From: Spirochaetia bacterium
GTDB lineage: Bacteria; Spirochaetota; Spirochaetia; CADAEX01
Direction: 5' to 3'
Assembly (NCBI GenBank): GCA_963662265.2
Contig: CAXXHA010000008.1
Span: 90,004-154,003, forward strand
DNA length: 64,000 nt
In this document: positions 29,228 through 40,665 of the stretch, piece after piece
How the letters are laid out: every line of letters begins with the position of its first letter
Numbering within the stretch: position 1 is the first letter of the stretch
The notes under the pieces: generated by a model
What the model saw: only the letters and a program-made list of their open reading frames with translations
Told to the model about the DNA's origin: nothing
Database searches by the model: none
Position numbers and translations under genes: made by a program

Positions 29228-29869
29228 ATGATAAATTACATACTTTTCGACGTTGATAACACTCTTTATCCTGCATCCTGCGGTATCGGGACGGAAATGA
29301 TCAGGCGAATGAACATATTTGTATCTGAATTACTGGGTATAACTGTCGAAAAAGCGGCTGAACTTAGGCGGGACCGGGAACCTGGCATGTATGATTCAAC
29401 GCTTGACTGGCTTCAGAGGAAATATTCACTCAAAAACCCTGAAGATTTCTTCAGATTCATACATCCCGAGGATCTTGAAAACTTTTTTCCGGTTAATAAC
29501 GACCTAAAAACAATGATGGAAAGGCTAACACTCCCCTCCTCTGTCCTTACAAATTCTTCAATCGAACATGCGAAGAATGTTACAGACTACCTGGGCATTA
29601 AAGATCATTTTGAGAATATATTTGACCTCAAATTCAATAATTTCAAGGGGAAACCCAATAAATTCGCATATGAAAATGTATTATCAGCATTGGGAAAAAA
29701 AGCTAATGATGTGCTTTTTGTCGATGATGTACCATCATATCTTGAGACTTTCAGGAAAATAGGGGGTAATATACTACTTGTTGATGAAAAATCTGATTAC
29801 AGTGAGCTTGATATCCCATCTATAGGTAAAATCACAGATCTTGAGAATTATTTAAGGAGTATTCAGTAA
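29228..29869 (+). CDS. HAD hydrolase, pyrimidine 5'-nucleotidase-like
   Basis: FDVDNTLY (motif I), LTNS, GKP, FVDD. Confidence 0.82.
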   Translation: MINYILFDVDNTLYPASCGIGTEMIRRMNIFVSELLGITVEKAAELRRDREPGMYDSTLDWLQRKYSLKNPEDFFRFIHPEDLENFFPVNNDLKTMMERLTLPSSVLTNSSIEHAKNVTDYLGIKDHFENIFDLKFNNFKGKPNKFAYENVLSALGKKANDVLFVDDVPSYLETFRKIGGNILLVDEKSDYSELDIPSIGKITDLENYLRSIQ

Positions 29870-30050
29870 TTTATCAGTATGAATATAATATAATTCTAAG
29901 CTGATTGAGCGTAATTTTTTTGTCTATAAATAATGATTTACATCTGATAATCACAAATATTCCATAATATGAGTCATGGTCTTGACACTGAAAGTTATAA
30001 TGTAGATAACTATTAGATGTAGAAAATATTAATAAAAGAAGGAGCATTAA

Positions 30051-31346
<1,296 letters not shown>

Positions 31347-31392
31347 TTTTACTATTTTACTGCAATACGCAGTAAATCATGGTATTTATATT

Positions 31393-31426
31393 AAAAGCCC
31401 TGTACAGATTCTGAAACAGGGCTTTT
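31393..31426. terminator. Terminator after eno
   Basis: AAAAGCCCTGT...ACAGGGCTTTT. Confidence 0.7.
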
Positions 31427-31595
31427 ATTATCTGCTGAGACAGTCAATGAAATATCACAAAATGGATTATTTTATAAATATATCCAATATTTTATTTTTA
31501 TAGATAATTTTTAATAAATATGATATTTATTCCACAAATAATATGGTTTATAATTTTCTGCCTTAAAAATAAAAAATTCATTATCTTCTTAATTA

Positions 31596-32831
31596 TCAGT
31601 CCTCGAGAATAATAATCTCAACACGCCTGTTCAAAGCTCTTCCCTCTTCTGTATCATTCGTTGCAGCAGGCTCACTTCCCCCTTTACCCTGAAAAATAAG
31701 CCTGTCGCCTGCAATACCTGCATTTTTAAGCATGTTTGCGATAGTCTCTGCCCTTTTTACAGATAATTCAACCTGGCTCTCTGCAGAACCGATATCAGCA
31801 GTGTGACCTGTTACAAGAAAACTTCTTTCCGGTATTTTTTTAAGTATATCCGCGATAATCCTAACCTTGCTCTCTTCGCCAGGTAAAAGCACTGCCTGAT
31901 CAGGCCTGAAATGAAGCTTGTTGATAGTAAGGGATAAACCTTCTTCTCTTTTTTCTATTATAATGTTTTCTTCCAGTTCTTTATTTCCGCTTCCTGATAC
32001 CGCTTTTTCAATATCCTCTTTCAGTGCAGTCCTGTCCATGCGGGGAACAGGCTTGTACCAGGTATGTGAAAATCCCTTGAAAGAGATATCAGTCCCAGTG
32101 TATGTATAAACTTCATCAATATTATCCTGAATAAAAAAAGGTCCCGCATCAGGATCATCAATATAAATCATGACCTTGTGAGATCCTGAAATATTTTTCA
32201 GGTCAAAATCCCCAGCCGGGTCATCGCCGGATCTGTATCTGACAGCATACTGTGCATATACTGCATGAACTTTTCTTCCGTTAAAGTCCTTTATACCGTC
32301 ATACCTGTACTCGCATATAAAATGAACTCTTGTGTAAATACCTTTTTTAAGGGGGTCCACATAAAAATCACCGAAATCCTGCCATTTTTCACCCGGTATA
32401 AATTTCTTTCCGGCAGGAAAAACAGGAAAATCCCTTAGAAGAGGGTAAAGACTGTTTTCTTCAGGTTTTATTTTACCTGTATAGTAAAAAGTGAAATCTG
32501 TATCAGCAACCTTATCAATTTTTTTCGCATTCAGCCGCCCTTCCCTTTTCAGCTCCTCAAAAACAAATGTTTTGCCTGAATATTCAGCTTTTCCGTTTCC
32601 ATTATCTGACATCCTGCACAGCTGTCTGTATTCACGAAATACAGATCCTGCATATCGCCCCTCTTTCTTCACCCTCAGGTTGAATTTCTTTATTATCTTG
32701 AAATCCTCTCCTGGATAAAATGAGAAAACTGTACCTTGTGCCGGATTATCTGCAACATTCTGGGAAATAACAAAATACGGGAAAAGCAAAAATAAAAAAA
32801 TGATTAATGATGATTTTCTGAATATACTCAT
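31596..32831 (-). CDS. OmpA-family peptidoglycan-binding protein (spirochaetal)
   Basis: Signal peptide; C-terminal HFRPDQA, VTGHTAD, LSVKRA, GRALNRRVEI. Confidence 0.88.
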   Translation of the reverse strand: MSIFRKSSLIIFLFLLFPYFVISQNVADNPAQGTVFSFYPGEDFKIIKKFNLRVKKEGRYAGSVFREYRQLCRMSDNGNGKAEYSGKTFVFEELKREGRLNAKKIDKVADTDFTFYYTGKIKPEENSLYPLLRDFPVFPAGKKFIPGEKWQDFGDFYVDPLKKGIYTRVHFICEYRYDGIKDFNGRKVHAVYAQYAVRYRSGDDPAGDFDLKNISGSHKVMIYIDDPDAGPFFIQDNIDEVYTYTGTDISFKGFSHTWYKPVPRMDRTALKEDIEKAVSGSGNKELEENIIIEKREEGLSLTINKLHFRPDQAVLLPGEESKVRIIADILKKIPERSFLVTGHTADIGSAESQVELSVKRAETIANMLKNAGIAGDRLIFQGKGGSEPAATNDTEEGRALNRRVEIIILED

Positions 32832-32931
32832 TTACATACCTTTATATTATTTTTCTGATTTACATTAATATAAGGGAGAAGTGCTTATTTCAGTGACCGG
32901 ATCTTGATAATATTATTAAAAGCGGCTGTTT

Positions 32932-33312
32932 TTACTGCTGGTTATATTGATCTTCAATATAACTGCCTGTATTTTCAAGACCTTTCCTGTTTATAGTACA
33001 TTTACCTTCCAGCACTACACCATCCTGAATAATGAGCTCAGGTGTTTTAATATTACCAAGCACCCGTGCAGTGGAAAGGAGAAGTATACGGATAGTAGCT
33101 GATATATTGCCTATTACAACCCCTTCAACTACAACACTTGATGCATTTATGTCTGATTTAACACGCCCTTCAGGTCCGATCTGAAGCTGATCAACCTGGA
33201 GCATTTTCCCTTCAAATTTGCCGTCAATCCTCAGATTCCCTTTTACAGCAAATCGTCCTTCGAAAGATGATTTTCCTCCGATTACAGTATTAGCTCCAAT
33301 ATCTATCTGCAC
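32932..33312 (-). CDS. Bactofilin (polymer-forming cytoskeletal protein)
   Basis: TVIG...FEG, LRIDGKFEG, VVVEGVVIGNI, LIIQDGVVLEGKC beta-helix repeats. Confidence 0.88.
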   Translation of the reverse strand: MQIDIGANTVIGGKSSFEGRFAVKGNLRIDGKFEGKMLQVDQLQIGPEGRVKSDINASSVVVEGVVIGNISATIRILLLSTARVLGNIKTPELIIQDGVVLEGKCTINRKGLENTGSYIEDQYNQQ

Positions 33313-33709
33313 ATTAATTCTCCATAAATCTATCTGTCATATTGTTACAAAGTTCCACTTATAAAATTAATAATATACCATCATTAAAGACTATTAATTA
33401 TTAACGTAAAATTTGTCTATATACTTTTATACAATATATCAGTTAAAAATATTCCTTACCAGATATTTCGTTAGAATATTTTTAAATAATCCCTGCCATC
33501 ATTTAAACAGTAATATTCAATATCTGAAAATGCCGCTCATGTTATAGTTGATTTCTTTTAATATTGACAGTGCTTTGATCAGCAACTTCCTTTATATTCA
33601 AACTTTCCGACTTACACATATACCCGATCGCAAAAAAAAACTTCCTTCGCAGGAAATAATAAAGACAGCTGACTCAATAAATGCCGACACCTACCGGTTA
33701 AGCTCACAA

Positions 33710-33739
33710 AAAAACCCTGCAGCATCTATACTGCAGGGT
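33710..33739 (-). terminator. Terminator after flaA genes
   Basis: ACCCTGCAG-loop-CTGCAGGGT followed by a T-run on the minus strand. Confidence 0.7.
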
Positions 33740-33761
33740 CTATATCTACAAAAGGTAATTT

Positions 33762-34493
33762 TTACCAGCCGTCAGCCATGTCATCGACATCTCTGCTTTC
33801 TTCAGTGAAGAGGTCTGAAACAGCTCTCAGATCATCAAAGTAAACATAATATGTACCGAATGTATCTTCAGGATCACAATCAACCCTGAATCCTGCAAAC
33901 TTGATACCGTTGATATTGGTGTAATGGTAATCTTTCTGAGTTATACTTGGAGGAACAGCTACTGTAAGCTTTTTCCAGCCGGAAAAATTAAGCTTTCCAA
34001 TTGTCAGCTCCATCGGATTTCCGAAATAATCAAGTATCATCATGCTGAGCATATGGTTGTTGTTTCTTCCTGCTACCCATACAGACATTGTCTTGGTGAT
34101 ACCTGCTATTGGAAGAGGTTTTACCGGCATTACTGCAAATGAGTTAACTCCTCTTTTTTCATAATGCACTTTTACCCCAAGAACATACTTGTCATCTTCT
34201 TCAAGTCCAATAGCTTCTTCATCAGCTATAGGTTCTTTGTCGATAGGAGAGCCAACCAGTCTTCTTGTCAGTACGAAACCCTGGTCTCTTGGCATTGCTG
34301 TATAGAAAAAAGCAGGATCTTCGAATTTTACTACAGATATTTCCTTCAGACTCTGCTGAGCCTTATCAACACCGATATTGTTAGGATCAGGATCGCCGGG
34401 GCTTCCACCCTCGCCTACCTGCTGAGCAAAACAAACTCCGGTAATTAGTAATATAAGCAGAAGTAATGCTGCAGATCTTTTAAGCATATACAT
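33762..34493 (-). CDS. flaA: Flagellar filament sheath protein FlaA
   Basis: Signal peptide; VLGVKV, SVWVAGRN, GKLNFSGWKKL, YFDDLRAV. Confidence 0.88.
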   Translation of the reverse strand: MYMLKRSAALLLLILLITGVCFAQQVGEGGSPGDPDPNNIGVDKAQQSLKEISVVKFEDPAFFYTAMPRDQGFVLTRRLVGSPIDKEPIADEEAIGLEEDDKYVLGVKVHYEKRGVNSFAVMPVKPLPIAGITKTMSVWVAGRNNNHMLSMMILDYFGNPMELTIGKLNFSGWKKLTVAVPPSITQKDYHYTNINGIKFAGFRVDCDPEDTFGTYYVYFDDLRAVSDLFTEESRDVDDMADGW

Positions 34494-35233
34494 TAGTTAC
34501 CCCCTCCTGATTCTGGTGCAGTCCAGTCCATATTATTGATACTATCTTTTTCTGCCAGATTATCACCATCAAATCTAGTGATAAAGATATCTGTAAGAAC
34601 TTTAATCTGGTCAAAGAAAATAAAGAAATTATCAACTTTTTCTTCAGGTCTTGTCCAGACAACTATTTTCGCAAGACTTAACTGCTTTATTTTCGGAATA
34701 TAACTTCTTCCCTGGGGAATATAATTTGGAATTCTCACCTTCAGATTTTTCCAGCCTTCATATTTCAGGCTGCCGAGAGGAAGAACATGTGTAATGCCCC
34801 TGTAATCAGTAACATGAATCTCGGCATAATAGTCATAATTTGACCCCCATGCCCAGAGATCTATCATTTTACATCTTCCCGGAATTGGAATACCGGTAAA
34901 TTCCCCTTCTTCATTTTTTATATCTGGAATAAGTTCAATAAAATTATAACCATGTCGGTCAAACTGACCATTTACACCAAGTACCTTATAATCTTCACCT
35001 TCAGAATTTGAACCATAAAGAGCTGCCGGCCACGCCTTGGGAAATGCTTTCTTAGGAAATCCTTCATGAGAAAATTTACTTCCTTTGACTATCCACCCGT
35101 TCTCTTCAGGATTATCAAAGTTATCAAGTATTCTTGATACCAGGTTTTCTGTTCTTTCGTCAGCATAAACCGGTAAAGTGAGTAGCACAGACATCAATAT
35201 GAAAAAGCCGAATACCAGGCCTGCTCGTCTCAT
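34493..35233 (-). CDS. flaA: Flagellar filament sheath protein FlaA (paralog)
   Basis: Signal peptide; WIVKGSKF, DLWAWGSN, LGSLKYEGWKNL, FFDQIK. Start MRRAG follows an AAGGAG SD. Confidence 0.88.
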   Translation of the reverse strand: MRRAGLVFGFFILMSVLLTLPVYADERTENLVSRILDNFDNPEENGWIVKGSKFSHEGFPKKAFPKAWPAALYGSNSEGEDYKVLGVNGQFDRHGYNFIELIPDIKNEEGEFTGIPIPGRCKMIDLWAWGSNYDYYAEIHVTDYRGITHVLPLGSLKYEGWKNLKVRIPNYIPQGRSYIPKIKQLSLAKIVVWTRPEEKVDNFFIFFDQIKVLTDIFITRFDGDNLAEKDSINNMDWTAPESGGGN

Positions 35234-35315
35234 TACCTTCTCCTTTTGCGTCATTATCCGCTTTAATTCTTATTAATTTGAATTATATTTCTTACAAGAT
35301 TCTTTGTCAAATATT

Positions 35316-36125
35316 TTATTTTTTTTCGAAACTGCAGCTGTAGATTATCTGCCTACCTTTTTCACCATTTTCATATGACAAAATACTGTCAAATGAACCA
35401 ATATAATCATATTTCATGACTGTAACAGGGGCCGGCAGTGATAAAAACTGTTCTGTATCGGAAAAATTAATAAAATCAAACAAAATATAGCTGTTTTTTA
35501 ACCTTGAAAGTGCTTCTATCAGGCTTTCAGGGTAGGATTCCGGAATATAAACAGAAAGATTATCTGAATTTTGAATATTCGAAGCAGAATCTGTATCTGC
35601 AATATTGTTGAAACTATACATTATCCCGCTTCTGTTTAAATCGGCAGCCTTAATAATTCCGGAAGATATCCAGTATTCCGGAAAACTGTCTTTATTGTCA
35701 TCAATAAAAAATGATATTGAAGCAGTTCCTCTAAGCAATTCAATATTTTCAAAATTCTCTTTTATATTTCCGATAACTTCAGTATTTTTAATGTTAAAAT
35801 CAAAATATGGACCTATAATAAATAATTTGTCGTCAGTATCAGTATTATAATTATTAAGATAGGTAAAAGCAGATAAAACTATTTTATCATCATTTCCGTT
35901 ATTCATGCTTTCAAACAGAGAAGCTGTTTCTTCTGCAGAACCTGTATATAATATGGATAAATCATACCGGTTTTTTTCAGCTTTTTTCCGGAATTCTTCT
36001 ATTATAATATCGCTGATCAATTCTGAAGAATATGTATCTTTAATAAAATATACAGTTTTATCTTTTGAGCATGATATAATAATCAGGGTAAGCAGAAATA
36101 AAATTATCTTTTTAGTCATATTCAT
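35316..36125 (-). CDS. Hypothetical lipoprotein
   Basis: Lipobox IISC after a basic/hydrophobic signal. Confidence 0.55.
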   Translation of the reverse strand: MNMTKKIILFLLTLIIISCSKDKTVYFIKDTYSSELISDIIIEEFRKKAEKNRYDLSILYTGSAEETASLFESMNNGNDDKIVLSAFTYLNNYNTDTDDKLFIIGPYFDFNIKNTEVIGNIKENFENIELLRGTASISFFIDDNKDSFPEYWISSGIIKAADLNRSGIMYSFNNIADTDSASNIQNSDNLSVYIPESYPESLIEALSRLKNSYILFDFINFSDTEQFLSLPAPVTVMKYDYIGSFDSILSYENGEKGRQIIYSCSFEKK

Positions 36126-36207
36126 TTTTTAAACCTGATAAAATCCCCTGCTCTGCTTACAGAGACAGGGTATATATGAATTATGAAATTCCTTTCATAT
36201 TCTGTTA

Positions 36208-37493
36208 TCAGTCGTCAAAATTTCCTTCTTCGCCTTTATCCACATCAAGCTGTGAAGCTTTTTTCACGATAAGTTCATCAGTCCACTCGGAAGGATCTTC
36301 AATTCTCTTTCCTTTTGCTCCGGGATCAAATGAACCTGCTTTCAATATTGCATCAACAGCAAGAGGAGCTGTATCGCCTGCATTAAAAACATTAATAAGC
36401 ATGTTATAGACAAAATCTTCCACTCTTTTCACCATTCTGTCCCTGATTTCAGCAGACTGGCCGCAGAACTTGTTTTCAAAAGCAAGATTTATCTTCTTGT
36501 AATCACCTTTCTTCCAGCCTTTTTCATCAGCAAATGCTTTAACCTCTTTCCAGAGCTCATCATCAACACCTTCGCCTTCAACTTTTATAAAATCTTCATT
36601 TTCATCAAGAATAGCATTTCCGTAATCATTTACTTTAAGTCCCCAGGAAACCATCTGGAGTGCTGTTGCAACATTTGCTTTTGTTGTATGTGTCTGTGAT
36701 GCTATTTCCCTGAGCCTGTCTGAACTGTTGCCTGAAGTTCCATGCTGTGCACCTGAAATACCGTATTTTTCAAGCCCCTTGTGAATACCTGCAGTGAGAT
36801 CAACCTGAATTCCGGCGGAACTTGCTTCAATTCCATGAGTAGTTCCGTTATTGAGCGCAATCCAGTCAGGGAATATATCATGTGCATTGAGACCTGCTAT
36901 TAAAAATTCTGCTTCCGAGAGCGAAGAAAGCCCTGTGCTTCCCTTGATCTCCCCTACTTCTGTTTCAAGACCTGCCCAGTCAGGAATATACTGGTTAAGT
37001 TCCTTATTCACCAGGAGGTTTTTATCATCAGGAAGATGGGATGCATCTACAGCTATTGATGTTATTCCGGCATCAAACATGCTCTTTATTTCTGTCCTCG
37101 CCTGTTCAACATCCTTATCATTTTTTATCCCGTAATGATCAGCATGTACCGCAACAGGAACTGTAATTCCAAGCTCATTGCAGAATTTATCGACATACAT
37201 TGCCATATTCCAGTAGCTTACCGGACAGTAGGATGAAGCACCCCCCTCAGACTTTGCTATTTCAATAATTATCGCAGCATTAGCCCTCTGTGCAGCCTGA
37301 AGAGCACCTTTAATTACAAAACTGCTCCTGCCGTTTGCAGCAATTGTCATTGCCTTTCCTTTTGCAATCATTGCCCTGTCTATCACTTTGCCGCTGACAA
37401 TCAGAGCTTTTGAATTGGGAAAAAAGTTTTTTTATGTTTAGGCGGTCTCCCTATTTCAACCGCTTTTTCAAAATCCTTTTTATAATCACCCAT
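36208..37493 (-). CDS. fba: Class II fructose-bisphosphate aldolase (5' end disrupted by 2 extra bases at about 37420-37439)
   Basis: HADH, DASH, ETEVGEI, NGTTHG, AQHGTSG, KANVAT. Upstream ATG 37493 with GGGG SD gives MGDYKKDFEKAVEIGRPP(NIKKLFPNSKALIVSGK) after removing two bases. Confidence 0.9.
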
Positions 37494-37680
37494 TACTTCC
37501 CCCTTAATATTTTTGTTTCCAATACAAAAATAGTAAATACGGGATCATATGTTGTCAACCTAAATTATGTTAAATGAAATCCAATTAAACATATGTTTAT
37601 TAAAAGAAAGACTTTTTCACCGGAAAATTATACTTCTTATTTCCGGTGACTTGATTAAAACTGAAAAGTATACGGAATTT

Positions 37681-38323
37681 TCACTTACGTATAACGGGTG
37701 AATAGTAGTAGAAAAGCCATGCTGTAAATATCACAAAAACAGCAAGGATAATTCCCGACAGCAGAATATTGTTAACAAAATAGAAAAAAGAGACAAAAGC
37801 AACTGCAAACGGCAGGAGGAACAAAGATATTATATATAAGAATTTCAAAAAACCGGTTGATTCACTTATTAATGGAGGAAGAATGGAAAACAAAAGTACC
37901 ATAACAACCCTGCTTAACGGAAGAAAATACAGGATATAGGGGCTTTCCCATCTGTAAATATATAATCCGTCAAAAACAGCAAGGGCTGCAAAAAAACCGC
38001 AGGTATATGTCAGTATTTCAGATATCCGCTCCCTTAATTTATAAATCATGCTGTTTCTGAACAGGAAAGAATACCCCGAAGTTGACAACTGCATAAAAAA
38101 AGGCGAAATCATAAATAAAATGGTAAAGATATATATTGGAGTATGAATTTGTCCGTGTAATAAACCCTGATACAGTAATAACAACAGGTATTGCCGGAAT
38201 AAGTGTCAAAATACCTTTTATAAAGGTATTCCGGTAAAAACTGAAACTCTTATATTCTGTATTAAGAATAGTATTTACAAAAATGCACAATATAGGAAAA
38301 ATAGTCAGGCTGAATATAATCAT
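37681..38323 (-). CDS. Polytopic membrane protein, split by a +1 frameshift at about 38074-38101
   Basis: Two overlapping hydrophobic ORFs (38039-38329 and 37681-38184) join into one multi-TM protein if one base is removed from the T7 or G4 run. Confidence 0.55.
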
Positions 38324-38444
38324 AATCACTGATAATATTATTAAATAAATGTTTTTTCAACACCCTTCCAAACGAACCCTTTGACTCTTTTTATTTTCAA
38401 TGATATATTTCTTTGAAACTTTATATAACGAGAAGGTAGGTGTA

Positions 38445-38963
38445 TTGGCTGCAAAAGAATTAAGAATTAATGAAGCTATCCGTGTCAGAGAAATCAGGCT
38501 TCTGGATGAAGAAGGTGAACAGAAAGGTGTAGTAAACACTGCAGAAGCCCTTGAAATGGCTAAAAACGCAGGACTTGACCTTGTTGAAGTAGCACCACAG
38601 GCAAATCCTCCGGTCTGCAAAATACTTGATTACGGTAAGTATAAATTTGATCAGGAAAAAAGGATCAAAGAATCCAGAAAAAAACAGAAACTTATTAAAC
38701 TTAAAGAAGTCAGAATGCAGCCATTAATTGAAACACATGACTTGCAATTTAAAACAAAGCATGTTAAACAATTTCTGGATGAAGGAAATAAGGTAAAAGT
38801 AACTGTCAGATTCAGGGGAAGACAGCTTGCCCACACGGAACTTGGAAAAGTTGTACTTGAAAAAGTTCTTGAACTTCTTGACGGTGATTACATACTGGAT
38901 AGAGCGCCCATGATGGAAGGACGCTTTATGTCAATGATACTAAATCCGAAAGGTAAAAAATAG
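38445..38963 (+). CDS. infC: Translation initiation factor IF-3
   Basis: [38 protein letters not shown]; TTG start at 38445 behind AGGT. Confidence 0.96.
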   Translation: MAAKELRINEAIRVREIRLLDEEGEQKGVVNTAEALEMAKNAGLDLVEVAPQANPPVCKILDYGKYKFDQEKRIKESRKKQKLIKLKEVRMQPLIETHDLQFKTKHVKQFLDEGNKVKVTVRFRGRQLAHTELGKVVLEKVLELLDGDYILDRAPMMEGRFMSMILNPKGKK

Positions 38964-38975
38964 AGGAGAGGCAGT

Positions 38976-39173
38976 ATGCCAAAGATTAAAACACGAAAGA
39001 GTGCTGCTAAAAGATATTCTTTTACAGGTACAGGTAAGGTTAAATACAAAAAACAGGGTCTAAGACACATCCTTACCAAGAAAAACACAAAGAGAAAAAG
39101 AAACCTCAGACATGCTGGTATTTTAAGCAAAGCTGAAACTGCAAAAGCTAAAGTTTTAATGCCTTACAGCTAA
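38976..39173 (+). CDS. rpmI: 50S ribosomal protein L35
   Basis: [14 protein letters not shown]...HILTKK; position in infC-rpmI-rplT. Confidence 0.97.
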   Translation: MPKIKTRKSAAKRYSFTGTGKVKYKKQGLRHILTKKNTKRKRNLRHAGILSKAETAKAKVLMPYS

Positions 39174-39194
39174 TTGAAGTAGAAGGAGAATAAG

Positions 39195-39554
39195 ATGCCA
39201 AGAGCGGTTGCCGGAACAAAAAGGCACGACAGAAGAAAAAAAATATTAAAACATGCAAAAGGTTTTAGAGGAAGAAGAAGTCTTCTTTTCAGAACTGCCA
39301 AAGATGCAGTTGCTAAAGCGCTTCAGAACTCTTATGACCACAGAAAACAGAGAAGAAGAAATTTCAGATCTCTATGGATCACAAGAATTTCTGCTGAATG
39401 CAGAAATCAGGGAATTACCTATTCAAGATTTATCAATGGCCTTAACAAAGCTGGTATTGAAATCAACAGAAAAGCGCTTTCAAACATGGCTATTGAAGAT
39501 AAAGCTGCATTCACTTCACTTGTTGCAAAAGCAAAAGAAGTACTTGGAGCATAA
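39195..39554 (+). CDS. rplT: 50S ribosomal protein L20
   Basis: AKGFRG, FRSLWITRI, YSRFINGL, INRKALSNMA. Confidence 0.97.
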   Translation: MPRAVAGTKRHDRRKKILKHAKGFRGRRSLLFRTAKDAVAKALQNSYDHRKQRRRNFRSLWITRISAECRNQGITYSRFINGLNKAGIEINRKALSNMAIEDKAAFTSLVAKAKEVLGA

Positions 39555-39556
39555 GC

Positions 39557-40063
39557 ATGTTGTCTCTGGAACAGATAAAAAGACTTGAAAACAGGGTATA
39601 TAAAGCGGTTGAATTACTTAAAGCGATGAAAGAGGATAACAATATCCTTAAATCAGAGCTTAAATCTGCAAATGAAAGAGTTGAAGAACTTGAACAGATT
39701 ATATCTGACTACAGAAACAATCAGCTTGAAATTGAACAGGGAATAGTCAAAGCAATTCAGCAGCTTGATGATCTTGACTCAATTGATGACACAACCTCAT
39801 CAGATATGAGTGATAATCCTGAAAGTTCTGCTACTATCTCTACAGAGACAGTTCAGGAGATAGAATCCTCAGAGGTAGCTGAGCTCCCTCAGAGGACTGA
39901 TTCTCCTGAAATCAAAGAGGAACCTGCTGAAGAAGAATCAGCAATTCCTGTAACAGCTGATGTAATTTCTGATTCTGCAGCAGAATCCGCCTTCACAGAA
40001 GCAGAGTCAACTGACAGAGAAACAGAAACTGAAGAGAGTTCACAGCAGCTGGATATATTCTAA
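39557..40063 (+). CDS. zapB: ZapB-like coiled-coil cell-division protein with acidic tail
   Basis: N-terminal coiled coil (LENRVYKAVELL), position before zapA, acidic disordered C-terminus ending QLDIF. Confidence 0.6.
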   Translation: MLSLEQIKRLENRVYKAVELLKAMKEDNNILKSELKSANERVEELEQIISDYRNNQLEIEQGIVKAIQQLDDLDSIDDTTSSDMSDNPESSATISTETVQEIESSEVAELPQRTDSPEIKEEPAEEESAIPVTADVISDSAAESAFTEAESTDRETETEESSQQLDIF

Positions 40064-40068
40064 TCATT

Positions 40069-40363
40069 ATGAGTTAATAACCTTGTTGATATACAGGTTC
40101 TTGGCACTTCATTCAGAATTCAGGTAAATGAAGACCAGGAATATATGCAGAAGATACTCAAGTATCTTGAAACTGTAATTGACAAGGTTGAACTTACAAC
40201 ATCGATCAAAGATCCATTAAAAACAGCAATTCTTTCATCTGTATTTGTTATTGATGAATTATTCAAACTTAAAAACAACAGTCCGGATTCCTCTGTAGAA
40301 AAAGAGGTTTCTGAATTGACTGAAAAGATAATTTCCTGTATAGATAATGTCTTAGAAGATTAG
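40069..40363 (+). CDS. zapA: Cell division protein ZapA (extra T at 40074-40075 gives a premature stop)
   Basis: ATG AGT TAA; deleting one T gives MSNNLVDIQVLGTSFRIQVNEDQEYMQKIL...DPLKTAILS...DELFK. Confidence 0.8.
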
Positions 40364-40566
40364 TTTCCTGCGGGGTTCGGGCGGGGTATATAAATCTCTT
40401 GGGTCAAACCATAAATCGGGGATTCCATATTACAGGATTGAATTGATAGCAGGCCTTGATTAAGCATGCTTAATTTTGTGCAGTGAATCAGGATATCCTG
40501 GAGGTTGAAACCCACTTGAGCTTATGAGTTCAAGAGATTTTCTCCAAGCGGCTCCGCGGGGTTTTT
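40364..40566 (+). ncRNA. ssrS: 6S RNA
   Basis: About 200-nt non-coding rod directly after zapA (typical synteny). CCTGCGGGGTT pairs with GGCTCCGCGGG and AAATCTCTTGGG with TTCAAGAGATTT, around an unpaired central region; ends in a T-run. Confidence 0.8.
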
Positions 40567-40665
40567 TATTTATTCAGCCATGTTTACCCCAATCTCCCGA
40601 ATCTTATTTTTGACTATGAAATCAATTTCATATATAATATCCCCATCTAATTTAAGGAGTTTATT

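Noticed and set aside
38400-38447. AUU start codon autoregulation of infC
   Set aside because: The ATT at 38444 is out of frame; the in-frame start with an SD is TTG at 38445.
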